Source of the DNA: Enterobacteriaceae bacterium UBA3516
Lineage (GTDB): Bacteria > Pseudomonadota > Gammaproteobacteria > Enterobacterales > Enterobacteriaceae
Length of the DNA stretch: 54,832 nucleotides
Assembly (NCBI GenBank): GCA_002377245.1
Contig: DFPL01000283.1
Span: forward strand, 1 to 54,832
Direction: 5' to 3'
Position 1 is the first letter of the stretch. Each line of letters opens with the position of its first letter. This document shows, piece by piece, positions 32,817 through 40,575 of the stretch. The position numbers and the translations under genes are program-made. The notes under the pieces are model-generated. The model made no database searches and was not told where the DNA came from. It was given only the letters and a program-made list of their open reading frames with translations.

Positions 32817-33500
32817 TTAACGACAGAGTCCAAAACCACGCATGCCGAGGTGAAAATGGTTGGCGTGAGCGGCGTTATATTCTGGCCCTAAACCGTTGCC
32901 ATAATAACCGCAGCTTGCGCTCAGCATGGCCCGTAGCCAGGGCTGCGTTGCTGAGTCAGGCCAACCGCGCAGTACGGTGACAACATTACCGTTGGAGAGT
33001 CGAAAACCGCTAATATCCAGCGCATCTGCACTGGCATGTTCGCTACGCCGCCCTTCGGCACGATTGTAGATATTGCGACAGGCATAGCTGCCCAGATGAT
33101 CGATACGCGTTAGCGTCTGACCGGTAAATTGCCGGGTAAGCGGACGCACCTGCTGCTCGACAAAGAGCGCCGAACTGAGCGCCAGCGGGCAACTGGCTAA
33201 AAAGCTACTGCTCAGCTTTACGGGTCCAAAGTTTCGAACCCGCACAACGTCCGTCAGCGGGCACTCTCCCTGGCTGTCAGCCACGGGTGTTGAGGCGATC
33301 ATTTGCCTTTGATTAGCCTGTTCAAGTAAGGCGGCACATTCGTGCGGCGCCAGTCGACGTAATTTATATTGCGTGATTCGCCCTGGCGGATCGTCTAACC
33401 GGAGCGGCGTAAAAGGGTTGTAATATGACGGCAAATAGCGGTAGCCCACACTCCCCGCAACAAGCAAAACGCAGACCACAATCAGGCTTTTTCCTTTCAC
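32817..33500 (-). CDS. Extensin-like C-terminal domain protein, membrane-anchored
   Basis: N-terminal TM; HLGSYACR, RSEHASADALDISGF, LGPEYNAAHANHFHL. Confidence 0.85.
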   Translation of the reverse strand: MKGKSLIVVCVLLVAGSVGYRYLPSYYNPFTPLRLDDPPGRITQYKLRRLAPHECAALLEQANQRQMIASTPVADSQGECPLTDVVRVRNFGPVKLSSSFLASCPLALSSALFVEQQVRPLTRQFTGQTLTRIDHLGSYACRNIYNRAEGRRSEHASADALDISGFRLSNGNVVTVLRGWPDSATQPWLRAMLSASCGYYGNGLGPEYNAAHANHFHLGMRGFGLCR

Positions 33501-33583
33501 GCATCCCCTCCATTAATCACTAAAAACAGTATGGCAGAAGTGATATGGTATGTGCTTTCTGATTGATGTGAGTGAAGAATGTG

Positions 33584-34684
33584 ATGGCAAAACTGCAGGT
33601 AGGAGTCGTGTTTGGCGGTAAGTCGGCTGAGCATGAAGTGTCGCTGCAATCGGCGAAAAATATTGTCGATGCAATGGATAAGTCGCGCTTCGAGGTGCTG
33701 CTGCTGGGCATCGACAAGCAGGGACAATGGCATATCAATGACGCGAATAATTACCTGCAAAATGCCAGCGATCCCGCGCACATTGCCCTGAATCCCTCAG
33801 AAGAGAGCGTGTCGCTGGTTCCCGGGCAAACAACACATCAGTTGATCAACGCCCATAACGGTTCGCCTTTCGCCCAGGTCGATGTCATCTTCCCTATCGT
33901 CCACGGCACCCAGGACGAAGATGGTACGCTACAGGGTTTGCTGCGCATGGCGAATCTCCCCTTCGTGGGTTCCGATGTTCTGGGTTCAGCCGCCTGCATG
34001 GACAAAGATGTTACCAAACGCCTGCTACGTGATGCCGGTCTGGCGATCGCCCCCTTTGTCACGCTGACGCGCAGCAACCGTCGCCGTTTCTCTTTCCAGG
34101 ACATGCAGGCAAAACTGGGGCTGCCATTATTTGTTAAACCGGCTAACCAGGGTTCCTCCGTGGGCGTCAGTAAGGTCACTAACGAAGCGCAATATGCCGC
34201 AGCGGTAGACCTCGCATTTGAGTTCGACCATAAGGTGGTGGTCGAGACCGGGATCAACGGCCGGGAGATCGAATGTGCAGTGTTAGGCAATGACGATCCC
34301 GTGGCCAGTACCTGCGGTGAGATCGTGTTGAACAGCGCGTTTTATGCCTACGACACCAAATACATTGATGATAACGGGGCACAAGTGGTGGTGCCGGCGA
34401 ACCTTACGCCTGAGGTTAATGACCGTATCCGCGAGATTGCCGTTCAGGCTTATCAGACGCTCGGCTGCGCAGGAATGGCGCGCGTCGACGTGTTCCTGAC
34501 CCCCGAAAATGAAGTCATTATTAACGAAATCAATACGCTGCCTGGATTTACCAATATCAGCATGTATCCGAAGTTATGGCAGGCGAGCGGGATCGGTTAC
34601 ACCGATTTAATCACTCGCCTGATAGAACTGGCTTTGGCGCGCCACCAGGCTGACAGCGCACTTAAAAACTCGATGAACGGTTAG
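33584..34684 (+). CDS. ddlA: D-alanine--D-alanine ligase A (signature Gly replaced by Asp)
   Basis: FGGKSAEHEVSLQS, CMDK, VKPANQGSSVG, NEINTLPGFT; HGTQDEDG in place of HGxxGEDG. Confidence 0.96.
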   Translation: MAKLQVGVVFGGKSAEHEVSLQSAKNIVDAMDKSRFEVLLLGIDKQGQWHINDANNYLQNASDPAHIALNPSEESVSLVPGQTTHQLINAHNGSPFAQVDVIFPIVHGTQDEDGTLQGLLRMANLPFVGSDVLGSAACMDKDVTKRLLRDAGLAIAPFVTLTRSNRRRFSFQDMQAKLGLPLFVKPANQGSSVGVSKVTNEAQYAAAVDLAFEFDHKVVVETGINGREIECAVLGNDDPVASTCGEIVLNSAFYAYDTKYIDDNGAQVVVPANLTPEVNDRIREIAVQAYQTLGCAGMARVDVFLTPENEVIINEINTLPGFTNISMYPKLWQASGIGYTDLITRLIELALARHQADSALKNSMNG

Positions 34685-34920
34685 TCCAACGGTTTTTCTT
34701 CTTTAACTGCGGGCTCTTCGCCGTCTTCTTCAGGACGACGGCGAATAATCAATCCGGCCAACCAGAAACTGATGACCCAGGTGACGAGGCCCACGGCATA
34801 TTCTTGCCAGCCTTTTGCTTCAAATCCTAAAAGCCCCACCACTCCATTCAGAATAAAAATCAAACCAATAGCGAACGCATAATAGTGCCAGTCACGGCGT
34901 ATTTTCGCGGGTAGCTTCAT
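34681..34920 (-). CDS. yaiZ: YaiZ (DUF2754) inner membrane protein
   Basis: MKLPAKIRRDWHYYAFAIGLIFILNG; 2 TM; synteny. Confidence 0.9.
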   Translation of the reverse strand: MKLPAKIRRDWHYYAFAIGLIFILNGVVGLLGFEAKGWQEYAVGLVTWVISFWLAGLIIRRRPEEDGEEPAVKEEKPLD

Positions 34921-35172
34921 GACAACTCCGGCAATAAAAAAAATATCGTCGCACATTTCCACTGTTCCGTCTGTGTCGCATACGGAAATTCTGAAATGTT
35001 AAATACGTAATCAAAATATTACGGAAATGTGAGCACTCACAAAATTTACTCAACTGGAAACCTTCCCGCAATGAAATTATCACCATTCCGATGTTGACAA
35101 TTTCTATGTGCTGTCAAAATGACAAGGTGTCACTGGCTTTGCGCCGGGAAAATGAATAAAGCGGAGGTCTCT

Positions 35173-35475
35173 ATGGCTGACTTTACAATGTCGAAACCCT
35201 TTACGGGTAAAAAAACGCGCGACGCCTCCACGCCAGGTAACATTGCTTATGCGATATTTGTTCTTCTCTGCTTCTGGGCGGGCGCGCAACTGCTTAATCT
35301 GCTGGTCCATGCGCCAGGTGTCTTTGACCACCTGATGCAGGTAAAGGATGCCAGCCGACCGCAGGTTGAGATCGGCTTTGGCGTTGGTACCATTTTTGGC
35401 CTGGTGCCATTTTTGGTCGGCAGCGCAATCTTAGGCGTTATTGGTCTGGTGCTGCGCTGGCGACGTCATCACTGA
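35173..35475 (+). CDS. yaiY: YaiY (DUF2755) inner membrane protein
   Basis: [16 protein letters not shown]…STPGNIAYA…LLVHAPGV. Confidence 0.9.
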   Translation: MADFTMSKPFTGKKTRDASTPGNIAYAIFVLLCFWAGAQLLNLLVHAPGVFDHLMQVKDASRPQVEIGFGVGTIFGLVPFLVGSAILGVIGLVLRWRRHH

Positions 35476-36599
35476 CCGGCCATACACTGCGCCCGACGAT
35501 CGTCGACGCGCTTCGCAAACCAGGCGGTTGTGAGGTTGCGGGTGATTTTCGGGCTTTCCAGTTGAATGCCAGGCAGCATTTCCCTCGGTAATTTTTTCCC
35601 CGTCTTCTGTTCCGCCAGTCGATAGACACCCTGGTACAACGCTGTTTTCTCGAAGGCGAGACTGTCGCCAGTGGCGAGCTGCCTGTGGATGTCCCGATCG
35701 CTCATGCCCAGTTTAGTCCCCAGTTTTCTGACGGCCAGTTCCGTGCTTCCTGCCTCGCTGCTGTTATACAAAATGACGTCGCCATCCAGCGCGAGTTTTG
35801 TTCCCGTCGCTTTGCTTACAGCATTCTGAAATGCCGCATTACGGCTGGCGTACCAGCCCGCATTGAAATCGGCGAAACGGAAAATAGGGGCACTGTAATT
35901 GGCCGGGTAGTTGAGCAGATGCCATGTCCCGAACCACAATCCGCCGCGACGGGTAAAGACCTCCTGACGCACGGTTCCGGACATCGTCCAGGGGTAACCC
36001 TGGGTGTGCTTTTCAGCAAAAGCGATGCTGATTTGCATCGGCCCACCGGTATGCACCGGGTTGTAAGAGCCGAAGAGCTTCTGCCCCAGGGGAACCGTGC
36101 CGATCAAATCGTCGAAAATCTCACTCAGCTGCTTTTCCGTCCGCACGTTATCGAGGCGCTCGCTATAACTCTTCCCATTCGGCGATTCAATCTGCAGTGC
36201 GGTATGGACCAGCAACTGCGGAATATGGAGCCTGGCGGCCCGGCGGTCTATCTCTTTCCAGGCAATTTTGTTCAGCCCTGCCACAGCCGGATCGGCCTGA
36301 TAGTTTGACTCTTGCTGCGCGACGGCCAGCACCGAACAGATATTTTCAAGGGTAGGATCCAGCCCCTGACTGTCGAACGTGGTCGCCAAATCTTTTGCCC
36401 ATTGTTCTCTGTCTTTTACGCTGGCAGGCATTTTTTGCCGGACCACGCTCGCCACGTCCTGGGGTCTTTGCGCCGCCGGGAGATCTGCATTCCCCGGACG
36501 CGTTGTGGTGGTATTTTTACTGGTGGTACAACCGGCGAGAATACATCCCGCCAGCAGGGTCATTGTGGTCGCGAGAAGACGCGGCGCGCAAACTGACAT
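35469..36599 (-). CDS. yaiW: YaiW (DUF1615) lipoprotein
   Basis: LAGC lipobox, [31 protein letters not shown]; follows sbmA. Confidence 0.92.
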   Translation of the reverse strand: MSVCAPRLLATTMTLLAGCILAGCTTSKNTTTTRPGNADLPAAQRPQDVASVVRQKMPASVKDREQWAKDLATTFDSQGLDPTLENICSVLAVAQQESNYQADPAVAGLNKIAWKEIDRRAARLHIPQLLVHTALQIESPNGKSYSERLDNVRTEKQLSEIFDDLIGTVPLGQKLFGSYNPVHTGGPMQISIAFAEKHTQGYPWTMSGTVRQEVFTRRGGLWFGTWHLLNYPANYSAPIFRFADFNAGWYASRNAAFQNAVSKATGTKLALDGDVILYNSSEAGSTELAVRKLGTKLGMSDRDIHRQLATGDSLAFEKTALYQGVYRLAEQKTGKKLPREMLPGIQLESPKITRNLTTAWFAKRVDDRRAQCMAGQ

Positions 36600-36613
36600 T
36601 CGTGTTCCTTGCG

Positions 36614-37834
36614 TTAGCTAAAATGGTTGGTCATTTGCGCGACCGGCTGGCCATCCAGCTCATGTTCAAAACTGCGCAAACGTTTATAAATAGACATCAA
36701 CTCAACCAGCGTTGTCCAGGAGGCAATCAGATACTGGAACGAGCTACGAACCTGCTCAAAGACGTTGGTTATCTGGCGCATTAAACCAAAGGTAATCGCG
36801 CCGGCCGCAATAGTCGGGAAAAGCACAATCAGGCCGAAAACCACATCGACCTGCAGATACAAAATACGCGCGATGTTGAAATACATATAGTGAAAGTAGA
36901 GGCGGAAATAGTTGCGACGTACGGCAGCAAACAGTTCACGCATGGTGTTCGGTTTCGCTCTTTCAGCATCATCTTCACCGTAGACCAGTTCTTTACGATA
37001 TGCCGCTTCCACACGTTGGTTTTTAAACTCCAGCCCCGGTAATTTAATCCCTACCGCCGCCAGCAAAAATGTCCCCAGCAATGACCAGGTAATCGCCGCA
37101 ATCACCAGACCATAAGGAACATGCCCGACCAGCGGCAGCTCAGGCACGTGTGGAGAGAGGGCCACCAGCACCGGCAGGAACGCAATCAGGGTCATGACGG
37201 CATTGATAAAGCTGACGCCCATATCTTCCAGAGTCGTCGCAAAACGCATTGTATCTTCCTGCACACGCTGCGCAGCGCCCTCGATATGACGCAGTTGCTC
37301 CCAGTGCGCCATATAGTATTCGTTCATTGCCGTGCGCCAGCGAAAGACATAGTGGCTGACAAAGAAATTGTTTAACACCGCCACGGTGACGGCAATTAAT
37401 GCTATCCACAGGAAAGTACCTATTTCGCCATAAAGCTGGCCGATGCTGACCTTATTAGGCGCACTGAGGGCAGTCTGAATCAGATCGTAAAAAGGGGCAT
37501 ACCAGGCGTTAATGGCGACATTCACTTCGACTAAAAACCAGGTGACAAAAATGATCAGCGCGGTCCCGAGAATGGACCAACGCTGCCAACGGTGTGGTGA
37601 GATGAAAAACCATGCAAACGCAAACAAGCCGGTGCATAACGCATAATACGCATAAAATAACAAAAAATTGCGCGACCAGAATCGGGCGGCGCTGATTGGT
37701 ACATCCGCTGACGCACCCGTGATGCGCAATAGCCAGCTTTCACCACCCGCCTGCCAAAATACCACGGCGATCATTGCCCAAATAAAAGCCGAGAGGAAAA
37801 ACAGTTTCGGCGTTGGGAAAAAAGACTTAAACAT
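36614..37834 (-). CDS. sbmA: Peptide antibiotic transporter SbmA
   Basis: MFKSFFP start, [25 protein letters not shown]. Confidence 0.97.
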   Translation of the reverse strand: MFKSFFPTPKLFFLSAFIWAMIAVVFWQAGGESWLLRITGASADVPISAARFWSRNFLLFYAYYALCTGLFAFAWFFISPHRWQRWSILGTALIIFVTWFLVEVNVAINAWYAPFYDLIQTALSAPNKVSIGQLYGEIGTFLWIALIAVTVAVLNNFFVSHYVFRWRTAMNEYYMAHWEQLRHIEGAAQRVQEDTMRFATTLEDMGVSFINAVMTLIAFLPVLVALSPHVPELPLVGHVPYGLVIAAITWSLLGTFLLAAVGIKLPGLEFKNQRVEAAYRKELVYGEDDAERAKPNTMRELFAAVRRNYFRLYFHYMYFNIARILYLQVDVVFGLIVLFPTIAAGAITFGLMRQITNVFEQVRSSFQYLIASWTTLVELMSIYKRLRSFEHELDGQPVAQMTNHFS

Positions 37835-37931
37835 AATGCTCTCCTGCTCTTTCTTATTTTTGCATTGCTTACACGACAAAGCTCACCCCGGATATAAAAA
37901 TACCCGGAGCCAGCATAGTAGAGACGGATAA

Positions 37932-37958
37932 TCAGACCTGAGCGTAGCGCCTTAGTTC
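37932..37958 (-). promoter_or_regulatory. Sigma-E promoter of sbmA-yaiW
   Basis: Minus strand GAACTA-N16-TCTGA vs consensus GAACTT-N16-TCTGA. Confidence 0.75.
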
Positions 37959-38485
37959 GTCTGCCACTCGTTAAGAATTGTTTCGACGGATTTCACAAAA
38001 ACGGGGTTTTGCGGCACGGTAAGGTTACGCCAGACATCATTGTAATGGGCGATGAGTGTTTCAGCCTGTGCCGCAGGACGATGGGCCGTGGTGTGGGCAT
38101 CCCCGGCAACGGTTATGGCATAGCCCCGACTGGCTCCGTTTTTGAGCGTGGTATCGACGCAGTAGTCCGTCGCACAACCACACATGACAAACCCGGTGAT
38201 GTTATGTTCATGCAGCACATCTTCAAGCCGCGTTTTGTAAAAGCTATCACAAGCCGTTTTTGTGACGTAGAGCGCGCTGGCGGGCTGATAGAGTTCTGGA
38301 AGTAACTGGAAACCCGCACTCCCCTCCTCCAGTCCACCTTCTTCGATATGCTGGATAAATATCACCGTGTCCGCAGCGTTCGTCAGTTTATTGATCAGTT
38401 CTACACACTGTTCACGTCGAATGCGCGGGGTCGCAAACACCCCTTGCTGCATATCCACCACCATCACCACTCGCTTAGCTGACAT
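37952..38485 (-). CDS. Isochorismatase-family cysteine hydrolase
   Basis: VVDMQ, TKTACDSF, GCATDYCVDTT, DAHTT (Asp-Lys-Cys triad). Confidence 0.9.
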   Translation of the reverse strand: MSAKRVVMVVDMQQGVFATPRIRREQCVELINKLTNAADTVIFIQHIEEGGLEEGSAGFQLLPELYQPASALYVTKTACDSFYKTRLEDVLHEHNITGFVMCGCATDYCVDTTLKNGASRGYAITVAGDAHTTAHRPAAQAETLIAHYNDVWRNLTVPQNPVFVKSVETILNEWQTN

Positions 38486-38683
38486 TTTTGCTCCCGCTCG
38501 TCATTCTGTTGCCAATAAAAGAGGTTACCACACGCCTCTGCCCCTATGATGTTCAGGAAAAAAGTTCATGTTTACGCATCGTTACGTAATTTCCGGAAAA
38601 TATGCCTTTTTCGGTGCGTTGCAATACGCTGCCAGGTAGTATAAATACGCACTATCTCTCTCTTTCTGATACGGATGCTTTCG

Positions 38684-39841
38684 TTGAAACGTTGTTTGTT
38701 TTTCTCCGCCATGCTGTTTGCCTGCGCGCTAACGCCAACCCATGCTGCGCAGACGTCCCCTGATCCGGCTTTTGCGTCCGAAATTGTCGATCGTTACGCC
38801 AATCATATTTTCTATGGCAGCGGCGCTACCGGTATGGCTTTGGTTGCCATAGATGGTAACCAGCGAGTATTCAGAAGTTTTGGCGAAACGCGGCCCGGGA
38901 CCAACGTTCGCCCGCAGCTGGATTCCGTCATCCGTATCGCGTCGATTTCAAAATTGATGACCAGCGAAATGCTGGTGAAAATGTTTGATCAAGGCATCGT
39001 CAAGCTGAACGATCCGTTAAGCAAATATGCGCCGCCCGGTGCGGTAGTACCAACCTGGCAGGGATCTCCTATCACGCTGTTAAACCTGGCGACGCATACC
39101 AGTGCATTACCGCGTGAACAGCCCGGCGGGGCTGCACATAGAGACGTGTTTGTCTGGCCAACGCAGCAGCAGCGCTGGAACTGGCTTTCTACTGCTAAGC
39201 TTAAGGTCGGTCCTGGCACCCAGGCCGCCTATTCCAACCTGGCGTTTGACCTACTGGCGGATGCGTTAGCAAAAGCGGCAGGCAAACCCTATCCACAGCT
39301 GTTTGAAGAGCAAATCACCCGCCCTTTGGGCATGAAGGACACCACCTTTACGCCGTCTCCCGATCAGTGTAAGCGCCTGATGGTTGCAGAAAAAGGCGCG
39401 AGCCCGTGTAACAACACGCTGGCAGCCGTTGGCAGCGGCGGAGTGTATTCCACGCCAGGCGATATGATGCGCTGGATGCAACAGTTCCTTTCATCTGACT
39501 TTTACCATCGCAATAATCAGGCTGACCGCATGCAGACCCTGATTTATCAACGTCATCAACTCACGCGTGTTATTGGGATGGATGTGCCGGGCAGGGCTGA
39601 CGCGTTAGGGATGGGCTGGGTCTATATGGCCCCCAAAGACGGGCGTCCTGGCATTATTCAGAAAACCGGCGGCGGTGGTGGTTTCATTACTTATATGGCG
39701 ATGATCCCGCAAAGTAATGTCGGCGTATTTGTGGTCGTCACTCGCTCGCCGTTGACGAAATTTACCAATATGAGCGATGGGGTTAACGATCTGGTGAGTG
39801 AAATGAGCAGCAACAAACCCATCGTGGTTCCTGCATCCTGA
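38684..39841 (+). CDS. ampH: D-Ala-D-Ala carboxypeptidase/endopeptidase AmpH
   Basis: TTG start; SISK (SxxK), YSN and KTG motifs; synteny. Confidence 0.95.
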   Translation: MKRCLFFSAMLFACALTPTHAAQTSPDPAFASEIVDRYANHIFYGSGATGMALVAIDGNQRVFRSFGETRPGTNVRPQLDSVIRIASISKLMTSEMLVKMFDQGIVKLNDPLSKYAPPGAVVPTWQGSPITLLNLATHTSALPREQPGGAAHRDVFVWPTQQQRWNWLSTAKLKVGPGTQAAYSNLAFDLLADALAKAAGKPYPQLFEEQITRPLGMKDTTFTPSPDQCKRLMVAEKGASPCNNTLAAVGSGGVYSTPGDMMRWMQQFLSSDFYHRNNQADRMQTLIYQRHQLTRVIGMDVPGRADALGMGWVYMAPKDGRPGIIQKTGGGGGFITYMAMIPQSNVGVFVVVTRSPLTKFTNMSDGVNDLVSEMSSNKPIVVPAS

Positions 39842-39855
39842 CTAAATCATCGATT

Positions 39856-40482
39856 TTAATAATCGAAAGGCAAGCGGTTTACTTTTAATAGCTTGCCTTT
39901 ATACATTTCTATGTAATTGCCTTTGCGTAATGCAGAAAGCACCTCGGCAATGACCGAGCGAGAAATCCCGGTCCGACGTTGAATGTAGTGCATCACTCCC
40001 ACGCGTGAACGTAAATTCTCATCCCAGTCAGACATGGTTAATAGCGTTGAACGAATCTGATCGTATGAGCTGCTGCCAATAAGCTGGTTGTCTCGCGTCT
40101 CCGCCAGACGGTGCCACCAGGTAAGCCAGGAAAATGCTTCGCGCCAGAGCTGATGTTCATCCAGCAACGTCATCACTCGCTGAGAAGACAAATAATAACC
40201 GGTGCACAAACTTTGTGTGGTGTAAATATATTCCGTGGGACGTTCAATCATACCTGCGCTCAATCCATCGATAAACGGGGCCTGAGCAATACCAATAAGG
40301 ATATCGTTATATTTTCGGCCAATCGTCATTTCACCCTGACAGAGAATAAGAGTGACATCGTCAGGTTTACGATCTGGAAAAGAGAGCTGCGTGTTTTCTG
40401 GCATTTCAAAATGTGTGCCATGAGGGGAAAAGCATTTATCTAATGAATAGAATTCCGCAAGCGGCTTTTTTAATGAGATCAT
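39856..40482 (-). CDS. iprA: CRP-like winged-helix regulator IprA/YaiV
   Basis: C-terminal SYDQIRSTL…YIQRRTGISRSVIAEVLSALRKGNYIEM…RLPFDY; downstream of the autotransporter. Confidence 0.85.
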   Translation of the reverse strand: MISLKKPLAEFYSLDKCFSPHGTHFEMPENTQLSFPDRKPDDVTLILCQGEMTIGRKYNDILIGIAQAPFIDGLSAGMIERPTEYIYTTQSLCTGYYLSSQRVMTLLDEHQLWREAFSWLTWWHRLAETRDNQLIGSSSYDQIRSTLLTMSDWDENLRSRVGVMHYIQRRTGISRSVIAEVLSALRKGNYIEMYKGKLLKVNRLPFDY

Positions 40483-40500
40483 TTACATTCCTTGTAAATA

Positions 40501-40566
40501 AAATTCCCGCTAATCCGTAGCGGGAATTTGATAAACAGAAAATAGCAGGGAAATGAACTTCCCTGC
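40501..40566 (-). terminator. Two tandem hairpins between autotransporter and iprA
   Basis: AAATTCCCGCTA/TAGCGGGAATTT and GCAGGGAA/TTCCCTGC stems, each followed by U-rich sequence on the minus strand. Confidence 0.65.
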
Positions 40567-40575
40567 CAGTTTTTA

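Noticed and set aside
38684..39841. Possible AmpC beta-lactamase
   Set aside because: Sequence and synteny match housekeeping AmpH
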